In this document: piece after piece, positions 37,145 to 50,214 of the stretch | Layout of the letters: the number at the start of each line of letters is the position of its first letter | How positions within the stretch are numbered: the first letter of the stretch is position 1 | Assembly (NCBI RefSeq): GCF_001194135.2 | Contig: NC_068986.1 | Location: 66,622,136-66,686,135 of the forward strand | DNA from: Octopus bimaculoides | Taxonomy: Eukaryota | Direction of reading: 5' to 3' | DNA: 64,000 nucleotides | The notes under the pieces: generated by a model | Told to the model about the DNA's origin: nothing | What the model saw: the letters and a program-made list of their open reading frames with translations, nothing else | Databases searched by the model: none | Translations under genes and position numbers: made by a program

Positions 37145-37960
37145 TACAAGTACTGAACCGGGTTCACACCCTTTTGGGATCTTCATAAGTAATGGAATAT
37201 GGAAAGTTTTATCACAAAAGTTTCTTGTTGCAGTTCTTCTCTTGAAGATTTCTTAACGTTTCAAATTTTGAACATTATTATGCTGATGTCAAACGGTCTG
37301 TTAGGTTTCCTCTTCAAACAAATTGTTAGTCAGTCCTTTGATGGTGTCAGCTCTTAATTTGTAAATTCCGTTTATTCTTTGTCAAAGATTTTATTGAAGA
37401 TTTCCATATATCTGTACGATATGTTGCTGCAGCTCTTCTTACGCTGTGGTTTATACTTTTTACTAAACTGATTTTCCTTATGCATCTGTATTTGATGTGC
37501 AATTTTATCGAAACAAAGATAAAATGGGAAGATTAGGAATGTCGGGTTATTGTTTGTTGTAAATGTGTCTAAGTGTATACTTAGAAGAATCTGTCTATTA
37601 GGATCTCTTATTTGTTGCCGATAAATAGTGGGCCTTGTTTTCAAAGACTGTTTCGTTTGTCCCATGTAATCTTCATTACAACCTTTATATTTAATAGCAT
37701 AAATGAAATTTTTAATGAACAGGTGAAGTTATTTTTTATAGTTAAGATATGTCCTGATTTGAATATATAAGTAGTCTTCTGTACGGTAGATGCACGTTCT
37801 GCAGCTGATGTGACCACTTTTTTGATTACACGAAGAAACAAAGTTTTTGTTGCAGTAACACCAGCACTTGTTCTGAACTCATTTAAGCGCGCTGAAGTCA
37901 AATCTGAGGTTAGTTTTTTTCCCGTAGGCTCTAGATTTTATGCAATTCAACATACACCTT
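37145..37960 (-). mobile_element. Penelope-like element, linker + GIY-YIG + 3' terminal region
   Basis: IKSR..KK..DLTSAR, then GQTKQSLKTR..YRQQIRDP, IFPFY; 3' region homologous to 46135-46345. Confidence 0.8.
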
Positions 37961-38043
37961 TTTTCTCGAAATATGGACACCTCTCACATGGTGACATGGT
38001 CCATCTCAAAATTTTATGACCAGTCTTAAAAATAACCGCCTGA

Positions 38044-38093
38044 TACACACGCACACACACACGCACACACACACGCACACACACACGCACACA

Positions 38094-38181
<88 letters not shown>
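38044..38181. repeat. (CA)n microsatellite
   Basis: Directly visible. Confidence 0.97.
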
Positions 38182-38182
<1 letters not shown>

Positions 38183-38335
38183 AGATGCATGGCTAAGTGG
38201 TTAGGGTGTTGCCCTCACGATTGCGAGAGTGTGGTTTCAATTCCCAGACCGGGCGTTGCGTTCTATTCTTGGGAAAAACACTCCATTTCACGTTGCTCTG
38301 CGATCATTTCGTCATCTGGCATGTGGCATATGTAA
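38182..38335 (+). mobile_element. tRNA-derived SINE family C, head region
   Basis: A box TGGCTAAGTGG and B box GTTTCAATTCC, then CCAGACCGGGCGTTG as in the 52380-52750 copy. Confidence 0.7.
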
Positions 38336-38416
38336 TGTAGATTTAATGGAGGGAGTGAGCTTATGTGAGTGCATAGATTTCAGGTCTATGGTTATTTCCT
38401 AAATGGTCTATTTTTT

Positions 38417-40559
38417 TTGCAATCAAGGTATTTCAAAATCTCAAAATTTCATCTTCATCAAACTGATGTCATAGTTTATTAGGAGAAATATGTGATAAAA
38501 CCCTCTTTAAATTAGTTGGGCAGTGAAAAGGAAAATGCAAGATAGTATAAATTTATTCAAGAATACAGTTTGAAACTTTCCCTAATAAGCAAAAGTTATA
38601 GTTTGTATAAAACTGACTGATGAATAAAACATTAATTACTTCGAGAAGGCAAAGCTCAATAGCAGTCTATTCATGTAGAAATTTGCGCTTGAAGCGCTTG
38701 CATTTGTGGACTGTCTCAGGGCAATCTCGCTTAATACTACAGTAGTAGTCTGCCATCATATGTTTGTCCCATCTCCGTTGCTAATGCTCTTCCATGGTCT
38801 TGAGGTCCTGATGGAAACGTTCACCTTGTTCGTCACTTACTGCTCCTAGGTTCTCAGGGAATCTATCAAGATGACTGTACAGGAAATGGCGTTTGATACT
38901 CATGTTACATCCAAGATTAAGAAAAGGTAAAAAGCAAATTAACTACGAGAGTTTCATAGTTGCCAGTCTTTTTATTGTCGAGAAAGTTTTCTGTTACCGC
39001 CACGAATGAAAGCCATGCAGTCCTTTCCTTGTCATTCATCTTTCTGGCAAATTCTTGATCGCGTACAAGTGCATGAACCTGCTGTCCATCAAGCACACCT
39101 GCCTTGATGTTCTCGAAGGTCAAAGCAGAGAGAGCAGAGACTATGTGTTGGAAACAGTCACCGTCAGTATTTAATGCCTTAACGAACTGTTTCATCAAGC
39201 CCACCTTGATGTGGAGCGGAGGAAAAATAATCTATTCTCGATTGACAACTGGATCATTGACAATATTTGGTATACCTACTTCCAGAGTCTCACGTTTAGG
39301 CCACTCTTTCTGGTTCCAGTGATTCTCTCATGCTCGGCTGTCCTACATGCAAAGGTAGCAGGGTTACTTTGTAAATCCTCTTTGTGGACCTAGGAAGAAA
39401 TTAACCATTTAGAGGTCCTCGCAAATTGTTCAGTTGTGCTCGTGGTATTTTTGTAGGTCAATTACAGTTATGGCATCATACTTCTCTCGTAAATACACAC
39501 AATGATCAACTAGAACAATTGCATAAACATTGCCATTATGGAGTAGAACACACTTCAGTCTGCACTTTGAACTATCTAGAAATAATCGCCAATAATTTGG
39601 ATTGTTCAATGGAATCCCTATTGCCTTAAGAAGACCTGAGATATGACAATAAACAAACTTAATATCCTCTGTAAAAATTACACAAAAACCTTCTCTCGCT
39701 TACGGAACTATGAAACTTTTATTGTATGGCTCAGTAGATACTTTTCTTGCAACCTGGAGGCTAATACTTCAACTGTTTTTTTTTGGAGAGATCCAAATCA
39801 CGCACAAGCTCATTCAGCCGAGGCTGGCTAAACTGCTGAGGAGTTGATGACTCTGTGGTGTCATAAGAAGGACTGCCGGATTCTCGAAGTATTTCATGAC
39901 TTTCATCATTAGCCCCTTGCCTTTGGTCGCAACCCGCATCGTCAGATGGAGAAAATCCTTTAAAAACTGGAATTGGTACGTATCAGAGTGCAGAGTAGGT
40001 CGGATTGCTGAGGGGATACTAGGATATGAGATGTTTTCCCTGTTTTTATTGCCAATACCCTTTGTATTGACCAGATAAAAATAGCAGTCACTTGTGTGGT
40101 CCTTCGGTTCTCGCCATGTCATGAGAATTCCGAAAGGAAAACCCTTACGTTTCCTTTTTGTCCAGTCAAGCAGCAGTTCCTCTGGTCGCCAAGAGTAAGT
40201 CCAAAGTACGCTTTATAAGCACACCTCACAAACGATGTCATATTACGCCTTTGATGAATAAGCGTGAAATATCCAAAATATAACAGAAAGCGTCCGGCTT
40301 GTTCATACATTGATGTCTCTTTGTAGCCATGGTCAGATCCGAAAGAGAATCAAAACAAATTTAATATCTCTGTTGATAACACAAACGTCTAAGTAATTAA
40401 TTTGAAAACAAACGGCTGGAATGCAAAACTTAAATTTGCATGAAAACTAGAGCGTGCAGAATATAACCGTTTTCACATTTGAATTTAGCAGATTATAAAC
40501 AGTAAGAGTTACCTAAAACTTCTTATGCAACTGAGATTTCGAAATAACATTGTCCTGTG
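38417..40559 (-). mobile_element. Chapaev-3 (CMC) DNA transposon with a decayed transposase
   Basis: N-terminal QRRNMTSFVRCAYKAYFG..LGDQ and WREPKDHTSDCYF; C-terminal NMSIKRHFLYSHLDRFPENLGAVSDEQGERFHQD; CAC-starting terminus 40532-40559 matches a degenerate inverted copy at 38424-38443. Confidence 0.85.
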
Positions 40560-43500
40560 TTATTGGAGTTGTGGATTTTAAAGTTAATTTCGCGCTGGTT
40601 AGTAATTTCTTAAGAAATTTTGGTTGCCATTTGCTTTTATTTATTTTGAACGTTTCGAGTAAATTTCTCTCCCTTTAATAATGCTTTAATAATGGGATGT
40701 TTCGATGGAAAATATTGTATGTTCCTGTAATCTTTGGGTTATGTTTTATTATGCAACCTAGAGTATTTGGTGTATTGGAATATTTTATAATCTACATAGT
40801 TCTTGGATGTCTATTGTTCTGTATTCCATTATCAATTAACAATCCTGAATATTTTCTATTAGGTGATGTTTACTTTAGTTCCGGAAGTCTTTTAGTTCTC
40901 GTTTCCGAATTCAAAACGATTGAACATATTATTTCTGCTAAAATGAATAGTATATTTGCTTTGGTGTGTTTAGAAAGTACTTTTGTGAATCTGTCGGTTT
41001 GTAGTGAGTGTTAGTTCCGATGGTTTTTATCCCTTTTTATAATAAAAATATCCAGGAATGGTAATTGGCTGTGATAGTATTCCATTGTGAAGTGTATATT
41101 TTTATCTATTTATTAATTTATTAATTATTAATCTATTAATTTATTAAGTAGAGTTTTGAAATAATTAAATTAGTCAAGAGTATGAGTCCACAGAATGAGG
41201 CGGTCATCTAAGTAATGTTTCCAGTTTTCTAATTTGCGAAAGTTGATGTCATATACTAGTTTAGTTTGTTCATGCATTCAAATCTCTATGTACGACTTGA
41301 CAAAATTCGTTAATTAGAAGCATCCTTAGTTCTCATTACAGTCCCACATATCTGTTTGTAAATACAACCATTGAATTCGAAAAAAAATTCTGTTCTATTC
41401 AGTTTTAAAGCCAGGCTTCTATAACTTCTAGTCCATAGTCATGTTGGATAGTGGTATAGAGGTTTACTATATCAAATGATGTAATAATGGCAGTCTAGTC
41501 AACTGTTTTGGAAAGTGATTTAATAGGTTCAAGTCATTCCTTATAAATCTGGGTATTTGCTCAAAATGGGTTTCAGTTGTATGGTTGCAAATTTGCTGAG
41601 TTTGTGTGTTTCACAGTCTTAATTTAAGACCCCGCTCACAGAATCGTTAGCACGCCAGGCAAAAGGCTTAGCAGCATTTCGTTTGTCTTTACGTTCTGAG
41701 TTCAAATTCCGCCGAGGTCGACTTTGCTTTTCATCCACTAGGGTTGATGTAATCGACTTATCCCCTCCCTTGAAATTGCTGGCCTTGTGCTTAAATCTGA
41801 AATCAATTTAAGACTGTTCAAAGGCGGCAAGATGGCAGAACAGTTAGCGCACCACGAATAATGCTTAGTAGCAATTCATCCGTTTTACATTCTGAATTCA
41901 AATTCTGCTGACGTCGACTTTGCCTTTCATTCCTTTGGGGGTGGATAAAATAAACGCCAGCTGAGCACTGACCTTGTGCTAATATCTAAGACCGCTTAGG
42001 TGGGGTATGTTGAGGTTTATACAGGCACCATATGTTGTTTTGCTCTTATGAATTTTGGAGAGTCCATATAAACTGCTGGTTTGCAAGGTAGTCATATTCC
42101 TTGTCTGTTAAACCTTTTCAGTGAAGAAGAATATGAGTACTAAGTTTATAATGATTTGTGATAATTGGTAATAATTTACCTTTTCATAACTGGTGATAAA
42201 ATGACATTTTTGTAGTTGTAAGCATCCATAATGACTACAGTATTTCTCCTACCGACTTCTTTAATTACAATGTCATTGTAATTTTTGAATTTATGTACAA
42301 TTTCCCATTCCTTTCGACTGGTGTGAGATTTAGGAAGGTGAATATAAAACCACAAAATTAATTTTAATGTTTTGTTCCTACCTCTCAATTTGTGCAATTG
42401 ATCCGTCATTAGTTTCCTTGTAAATTCTTTTGTTAGGTGTAATTTTCTACAGAAGTATGAGATATTGTTCCATATCTCATGCAAGTTGGCGTTGGAGTGA
42501 ATTTTAAACTTTTTGACAACTGTTTTAGAATTGTTGCATTGAAAAGATTTTGTAAAAAAAAACTTTCGGTTTCTCACATTCTGTTTATACAACTTGGTAT
42601 TGTGAATTTTGTCGACTGAGCCTAAAATAATGATTTTTTAGGGTTTGCCATGCAGTTTGTCTTTCTGCATTGGGTAATATTTCCTATATTTCTATTGAAT
42701 TTTTCGTAGTGTTTGGGTTGGTTCTTAGATCCAGATTGTAGCTGGGCGTGTCCGAGCATGTTTTCGGGTTATAATGTCTGTTTGCTTATAATTGTTGGAA
42801 TTCTCAGTTCTAGGTGATATTTTATCTCGACGAAGAAACACTTTGGATTTTTCTAGAGGGATTGCCATTCTGTCTAAATATCCGGGAATTCATGTTATTG
42901 CTTTTGTATTTTTGATAATGTAAGTTTGACCCTATACTTGTTTTGACATTTATGAATAAGATTCTGGATTTCAGTTTTCTTCAAGAATCAGTTATCCATG
43001 TAATAAATATTCTTTTTTTAACTCAGTTTCATAATTACTGAACCAATTATTATTTTCTTTCCATCTCTGAAGAGATGTTAACTCTTCATTTTGGCATTAT
43101 TTCCTTCGAAGTTTGATAAGGTCCTAATGTAGTTCGTATTCGGTCTTTTTTTAAAATTCCCACGTTCATTTGTTCGTCAGTTGATTTGAATTTTCGTTTA
43201 TTAGGGTTCGCTCTTAATCATAGCAATTTTGTTTCCCATTAAAATTTCTCTTGAGCCATCTTCCCGCTTAGATTTCTTTGCTGTTCAGGATCATTAGGAA
43301 GAGGTTTAATTTGCAATTTCCTAGGAAGAAGAATCGGTGTTGAATTAATTCATTTTTCATATATCTCGGATTTGCTGTTATTTTTAACATATTCCAGAAT
43401 GCAAATTTTCTGGTTATGAGGTTTTGGTTCCAAGTCGTTGCAAATTGACATTATTTTCTTGTTTTATTTCCGACTTTTGTTCTGGATTCCTTAGCATTAC

Positions 43501-43760
43501 AATCTCTATGGTTTTGTATAACTGATTTGATTAAACCCCGCTTGTTGGTTTTGATTTTCTCCTTCGTTGAGTTTTTGATATTTTTCCGTATTTCGTCAAA
43601 TTTTCTACTTAGGATTGAGAGTTTGGAAGAGATCTCTTTTAGCTCCTTTAAGATTTCATCGTTGATTGCATCAACGTTTCTGTCAAGCTTTGGCGGCATT
43701 TTAGTTCCTCGCGTAGGGAGTATATACAAGAGAGCAGAAGAATATATAGAAGAGAAAAAG
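40560..43760 (-). mobile_element. Long Penelope-like element, decayed, 3' end lost at the Chapaev boundary
   Basis: N-terminal MPPKLD.. coiled region, KEVGRRNTVVIMDA (ADKG-like motif), YLDD, IHFTMEY..LPFLDI, KW.PKFLKKLLTSAK; interrupted by SINEs at 41633-41990. Confidence 0.8.
41633..41990 (+). mobile_element. Two tandem SINE family B copies
   Basis: Heads at ~41635 and ~41820, each with TTCTGA.TTCAAATTC...CTTT.CATCC. Confidence 0.85.
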
Positions 43761-44039
43761 AAGTTGAAAACACGACTACATAAAATTTATTTTATAAAAA
43801 TTTATATTCAATACTTTGAAGACATACTACTGAAACCCTTTCTGAAGCATATATCTAGCTTTATATGGTTTTCAGTATATTGTTTATTTGAAATGTATCT
43901 TTTTTCATTGTTTATTTAGAATATAATCTTTTTCTCGGAGCTCGAATTTAGAAAAAAGAATACATTTAAAATAAACAATGTACTCTACATCATATACTGA
44001 GCACTCTCATTCACTTTCAACAACAAATTGTAACATTAG

Positions 44040-44087
44040 AATGTATGTATGTATATATGTATATATGTATATATGTGTGTATATCTA

Positions 44088-44170
<83 letters not shown>

Positions 44171-44247
44171 GTCTGTCTGTCTGTCTGTCTATATATCTAT
44201 ATATACGTATACATATATGTACATATATATACCCACGCATGCATGCA

Positions 44248-44304
<57 letters not shown>

Positions 44305-44340
44305 ACGTACATATGCGTGTATATATATATTTATATATAT
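44040..44340. repeat. Compound TATG/TCTA/TA microsatellite
   Basis: Directly visible. Confidence 0.95.
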
Positions 44341-44519
44341 AGCAATAAGAAAATGGAGGGGAATATGAGGTACCCATCAACTTGCAGACACTGTATTCCG
44401 TTGATTAATCTGTATATTTTATAACTNNNNNNNNNNATATAGCAATAAGAAAATGGAGGGGAATATGAGGTACCCATCAACTTGCAGACACTGTATTCCG
44501 TTGATTAATCTGTATATTT

Positions 44520-44660
44520 TATAACTAAATTGACAAAAAACACAATATACAGACACTTATGACATACCATATCATATCAACAATTAAGATTTCAAATTTA
44601 AAGGACATTTAGCAATTGGAGAAGGGGCAAAAACTTACAGCTGTTTCGGCCTAGCGTTGG
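44520..44660 (-). mobile_element. PLE terminal-repeat fragment (3' half of a hammerhead)
   Basis: Minus strand GGCC-GAAA-CAGCTGT-A-AG, the same helix III as at 63518-63533; the CTGATGA half is absent. Confidence 0.5.
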
Positions 44661-44869
44661 TATGCCCCATTCTATCTCTATAGCTCCCGTACGCTGCGGG
44701 AGCTATAGAGATAGAATAACTCCCTTTTACCCGCATCCACTTATTGCACTTGGTATAACACTAGTGTAACAATAATTGGGTACCCTCCCAGCAGTATATT
44801 GGATAGATACTATCCCTTAGTGGGCTGGATCTTCAACCCCTACTCTCTTGGATTATATTTATATATATG

Positions 44870-45032
44870 TATTCTTTTATTCTTTTATTTGTTTCAGTCA
44901 TTTGACGGAGTAGAGCCTTTAGTCGAGCAAACGACCCCAGGACTTGTTCTTTGTAAGCCTAATACTTATTCTATCGGTCTCTTTTTGCCGAACCGCTAGG
45001 TTACGGGAACGTGAAACAGACCAGCATCGGTT
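44870..45032 (-). mobile_element. SINE family A tail module
   Basis: GTCATTTGAC..TTTAGTCGAGCAAACGACCCCAGGAC..TACTTATTCTATCGG..TTTTGCCGAACCGCTA. Confidence 0.8.
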
Positions 45033-45571
45033 ATACATATACCAATTGCAGGTCGGGACAAGGCATTTCGTTAATCAACCATAACATACTATCGAGTATA
45101 TTAAAGGCTTATAAGTCAATACTGTGACGTACCTGTGTTAGCAGTGCTGTTCAATGACTTTTTAATGTTATTTCTATAGATTCCATATAGAAACTAGAAC
45201 CACTTCTAGTTCCTATAGAAAATCTGTAGAGATAACTTTGAAAATTATATATATATATATATATATNNNNNNNNNNNNNNNNNNNNNNNNNNNNNNNNNN
45301 NNNNNNNNNNNNNNNNNNNNNNNNNNNNNNNNNNNNNNNNNNNNNNNNNNNNNNNNNNNNNNNNNNNNNNNNNNNNNNNNNNNNNNNNNNNNNNNNNNNN
45401 NNNNNNNNNNNNNNNNNNNNNNNNNNNNNNNNNNNNNNNNNNNNNNNNNNNNNNNNNNNNNNNNNNNNNNNNNNNNNNNNNNNNNNNNNNNNNNNNNNNN
45501 NNNNNNNNNNNNNNNNNNNNNNNNNNNNNNNNNNNNNNNNNNNNNNNNNNNNNNNNNNNNNNNNNNNNNNN

Positions 45572-45646
<75 letters not shown>

Positions 45647-45780
45647 TATATATATGTATGCATGTATGTATGTATATATGTGTGTATGTATGTATGTATA
45701 TATGTATGTATGTATGTATGCATGCATGCTTGTATGTATGTACGTATGTATGTATGTATCTATCAATGTATCTATCCATC
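45572..45780. repeat. TA/TG/TATG microsatellite after gap
   Basis: Directly visible. Confidence 0.95.
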
Positions 45781-46104
45781 TCTCCTGGTGCTATATGAAC
45801 ATTTATTGTGGTTTTAGAGTCAAGCTTTGACTGCTATTTTCAGCGTGGTGGCGTCTCTTAGATACCCTAAATTATAATTTTAAATAATTATTACCTTTGA
45901 TGGTTTTTATTCCCATGCTGGCCACTTGATAAAATCAATATTTTAGATATTGATCTTATCCTCATATATATAAATTTATATATGCATGCATTTATATAGG
46001 AAAATAAGTTTTCCTCATGAGTATAAGTATAATGAAAAGAAAAAAAAATTGGAAAAGCAATTACAGAAAATTCACTTCACGAAAATTTATATACGAGTAC
46101 TTAA

Positions 46105-46345
46105 CTAGTTTCACAATTTTTTTGATTATCAAAAAGTAATAGAATATGAAAAGTTTTATCACAGAAGTTTTGCGTGTCAGTTCTTCTCTTAAAGATTTAT
46201 TAACAACGTATTCTGCCTTTAGATTTTGAGTATTATCATGCCGACGTAAAATGGTCTGTTAGTTTTTCAATCCTTTGATGGCATAAGTACTTAATTTAGA
46301 AATTCCGTTTTTTGTCTATGATTTTATCGAAGATTTTCAAAGAAC
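46105..46345 (-). mobile_element. PLE 3' terminal fragment
   Basis: Colinear similarity to 37150-37400 (AAAGTTTTATCACA.AAG, CAGTTCTTCTCTT.AAGATTT, TCCTTTGATGG). Confidence 0.7.
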
Positions 46346-46433
46346 GCGTTACTTTTTCGGATTTTAGTTAGAGACCTGTTACATGTTTGTACCATATTTA
46401 TCAGTTCAAAATCATGCCCTATAAAGCTAGATA

Positions 46434-46638
46434 TACGAGGGAATGCCGAAATGTTCCTGGCTTTAGGTAAAAAAATACAGGAGGATCAGTTGATTATGAT
46501 TTTATTTAACATATTTCCATCTCAGTACAGTGGTCCTTCAGTTTTTCTAAGCCCTGTAAAAGAAAGAGGAAGGTTGGTCCTCCAGTCAAACCTTTTGCAA
46601 TACCCTTAAAGCCAGGAACTTTTCAGAACACCCTCGTA
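46434..46638. mobile_element. Mariner-type MITE (~200 bp) flanked by TA
   Basis: TIRs TACGAGGG..GTTCCTGGCTTTA and TAAAGCCAGGAAC..CCCTCGTA. Confidence 0.85.
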
Positions 46639-46669
46639 TACTTCAGAAATTGTTTCAACAGTATGTGTA

Positions 46670-46772
46670 CAAAAGTTTTAGTCATTTGACTAAAAACTGC
46701 TCGAGACGATGCACCAACATGGTTGCTGTCTAATGACTGAAACAAAGGAAAGATAAAAGATAAAGATAAAAA
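46670..46772 (+). mobile_element. SINE family A tail fragment
   Basis: CCAACATGGTTGCTGTCTAATGACTGAAACAAAGGAAAGATAAAAGATAAAG. Confidence 0.65.
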
Positions 46773-47759
46773 AGTTATTTTGTAATGTCTGTATGAAGAG
46801 GGTAAAGTCTAATCTCTTGTATTACTTTTTTTACTTACGTGTTTATAGGCTCACGTTTAAAAACATACATATAAGTGTGAAATACTGTACCGTTTCGTCT
46901 CTTTATTTCGAGTGTTATCCATGAAATTGCTCAAGTAGTTATTAAAAGAAATAAATACTGTCTATGACATAAGTCTATATGAAATCGATGAACAGATTCA
47001 CTGAACTCAAAACACTATACACAGCAATTATAAAACAGAATATCAGCAAACACATACACACACGCACGCACACACGCGCACACACACATGCATACATACG
47101 CACACATACGTACATACGCATGCACTCACGCACTCATGTAGACGTTTCAAAAAATTTCATCCACGGTAACGTTTACTTATCTACAGTTTCTTCTCAAAAC
47201 AATGATGATTCGCCCACTTTGTTAAAATATCAATTATTTATTATTTGGACTTGAGCCTAAAGTCTTCGCAACTTCACTTGTGGATCTTGATTCACATTGA
47301 GTTAATGACCAGCGTGTCTGGCTAGTGACCTAACCTTCTGAAAGACCTCTAGTTGATATTTGGATGAAACAATTTTCATTGCAGAAATTTTCAGCAATAA
47401 GTCTATATAAAAAAACGCAATCGCAGCGTCATGCATTTAAAGTTTAAAAAAGAAAATGTTATAAATTTTTCGTGATTTAAGAGGATGTATTGATATTCTG
47501 AAAATTATTTATATTAATAGTAGTGGATGCCGCTGCAGATTTTGAGGAGTGACAGCAACGCCAATGAGTGTTTGTTTTGGATGATTTACAGTATCTGACT
47601 GCAAACATCTGATTTCGAATCCTCGCAGCCCAGATTTTGTTTTCATCCCTTTGAAGTGAGTGAAATAAATACTAATAATATGTAAGATATTCGCTTTCAG
47701 TTGACTTGCATTAACACCTATTCTTGAAATATTTGTGAATATTTGGTGATGTAAGAAAA

Positions 47760-47940
47760 TATTGGTTTCTACGTTTTGGCACAAGGCCAGCAATNNNNNN
47801 NNNNTAAGTTGGTTGCATCGACCCTATTGATCAACTGATACTTATTTTATGACTCTCCCCCACAAAAATGATAAGTAACGTCAACCTCGGCTCTAAGCAT
47901 ATTGTACGTTGTGCTAACGATTCTGCCAGCTCGCTGCTTT
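47760..47940 (-). mobile_element. SINE family B with gap
   Basis: GTGCTAACGATTCTGCCAGCTCGCTGCTT and GGCACAAGGCCAGCAAT. Confidence 0.75.
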
Positions 47941-48399
47941 ATGATGCAAGAAAACATTGGCGTTCTTTACTTACTGAAACACACTGAAAGTGTTTAATAA
48001 TTTCATTTTCGCTTCGCAAATGAAAGTATCAGGGATTTTTCGTTGATTAAAGTAAGTAACTGACAGTTGAGCGCTAGTCAGATCCATTAAATATATGCTC
48101 CAGCATGGCCATACTCTTAGGGCTGAAACGTATAAAAGAATACATTCATAATTAACCTGAGCAAATGAAAGTTATTGACAAAAGAAGTGTATAGCATGTT
48201 CATAGAAGAGAGTTAAAGCGATTGGAACAAATAAAAGTCATACAATTACATCCGAGGGAAAGATATAAAGCTTACTGAAGACATTAATAACGGATACTTT
48301 CTTTTGTGAAAAGAAAATGAAATTATTCAGGAAAAATTTTAGTCTTCAATATATATGACAATAGTACTGAAGAGTCTAGAATTCAGTCTCAGATCAAAG

Positions 48400-48570
48400 G
48401 ACCCTTAATTGGCCCTGATTCCGAACTGCATAGCAATTTATCTCAATCTAGACTCATTGAACATAAGCCTTTTCAACCAAGTGTGTATCTTACTCAACTG
48501 TAATGCTTTATCGCCACCATTATGGTGACGATCAACTTTTGTATCATCATAAAATCTCCAGTATTGCAAA
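48400..48570 (-). mobile_element. CR1-like reverse transcriptase remnant
   Basis: FYDDTKV..D..LQ....W...LMFN pattern of the RT catalytic and downstream motifs. Confidence 0.55.
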
Positions 48571-49769
48571 TAGAGATAATAGTAAATTAAATGAATGCAA
48601 TTTCTTTTGTATTTGAAATAAATAGATATTGTAGTAGCAATGGTTCTATTAAGTTATTACCGCTTTGAGTTTTGATGACATACTATAGTTAATAACTTTC
48701 AAAGTCTCTCTAGCCTTGAGCATCAAACAACTGAAGTCCCCAATGTCTAGCAACATGTCAGGCCAGGGATGTCAAATATACAGCTCACGGCAAAGTCTAG
48801 CTCCTGGCTGAATGCAATAAAGTAGACGTCCATCACTCCTAGGATTTGGAGTGAGTTGTCACGCCTGTCTATGACTTTCAGGTATTCTAACACCCGGCGC
48901 TTTGAGAAAGTCATCGCCACCGCGTCGTATCACGGCTTACTGGTAAACAAGCAAAGCACAAACATTGAGTATGTGTGTTCGATAATGTTTACAACACTAG
49001 AGCTGCTTCTAATTAATATTTGAATTTAGAACTTTATATTTTTAAATATTAAAATATATTATATTATATATTATATTATATATTAAAATATATTATAAAA
49101 TGTATAAAACTAGCATGCGTTCGTATTCGGAGTCCAGTAAGAGTCATGATTAACACTAGTTTCAATAAGATAGTTTAGTGCCCCCTAGGATATCTGTTAT
49201 GTTATCCAATGAAAAGTATCTTATGAATCCATATACTAAAAGATGTGATCTATTTCCATTTTACTTTGTCTCTGTACATATCGAACCCAACGAAATTTCT
49301 TTTTCAAATGTACGCACATGTTCGAACGAATGCATCCTAGTGATATGGGCAATGTTGAAAAGTATTGCAATTGAAACAGCGCAAACTTTTCATCGAGCAT
49401 TGGTCGTCTCAAGATCTGTATGCATTCATTTGGACAATTTCTTTCTCCATTCTCACTCTAAGGACGCTTTCTGATTTTGGTACAAGGAAAGTAATTTTAA
49501 GGAGAGCGGGCAAGTCGATTCCATCGACTCCAGTACTTCACTGACAACATGGAGAAATTTTGTTAACACTTCATAATCTTACGTTTCCTTATGTTAATAA
49601 AGTTATAATGTATATTGACCCCTTTATCCAATTATTTTGGCCTATATTAGGAAAAAAGGTTTTAGGAATAATTGACCCCTATCCAGCTCACGAGTTCTAT
49701 CTAGTTTTTACTTCAATCCAGCCCGCAAAGACAGATGAGTTTAATAGTGTTGTACTACACCTTAATCAC

Positions 49770-50090
49770 TGATTACATCGAATGGAAGTCTCACGTTCAA
49801 AAAGTAGCAAAACCTGCGTCCCAACGATGTGTCAACATCTTCACGGACGGTAAAAAATAATTCTGTTTTGAATAATTCCTGTCTCATTATAAAGATCAAG
49901 TGATACTCATTATACAATACTGCTCCCATGTCTGCGATAGTGTTGTTGCTACATATAAGATAATCTTAGATCATATCTAAAAGGACTGCAAAAATATTTC
50001 AACCTTTAACCCGCATATACGCTGAATCACCACTTTTACACTTCTACCGTCGCTATAACGATTTCTCTGATTTCAAATCACCTCCTTCAA
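49770..50090 (+). mobile_element. CR1-like LINE post-RT remnant
   Basis: WKSHVQKVAKPASQR and YKDQVILIIQYCSHVCD..LDHI resemble W..H....AK.A.QR and LYKAQVRP.MEYCSH.W. Confidence 0.7.
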
Positions 50091-50214
50091 AGTCCACATG
50101 GCACACTCGTCTGTTTTCCTTTCTCCTAGACCCCACATTTAACATTTTCCCTTAATCCTTTCAGCCCAGAACATTAAACCTCTTAAATTTCTTAACTCCT
50201 AATCTTTTCTTTAC

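Noticed and set aside
38182-38260. tRNA gene
   Set aside because: A and B boxes are present but no full cloverleaf, and it continues into a SINE body. The same applies to the other SINE heads.
37145-43760. One Penelope element split by the Chapaev insertion
   Set aside because: The K..LTSA(K/R) linker occurs on both sides (near 40590 and 37890), which indicates two separate copies.
44337-44526. 90 bp exact tandem duplication
   Set aside because: The copies are separated by a 10-N gap, typical of unmerged overlapping contig ends.
48763-48810. hAT-like terminus CAGGGATGTCAAATATACAGC
   Set aside because: No matching opposite terminus or target-site duplication found.
49178-49474. 98 aa plus-strand ORF, or a minus-strand Helitron-like SFEHVRT motif
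   Set aside because: Only one short motif resemblance, with no other Rep/helicase motifs nearby.
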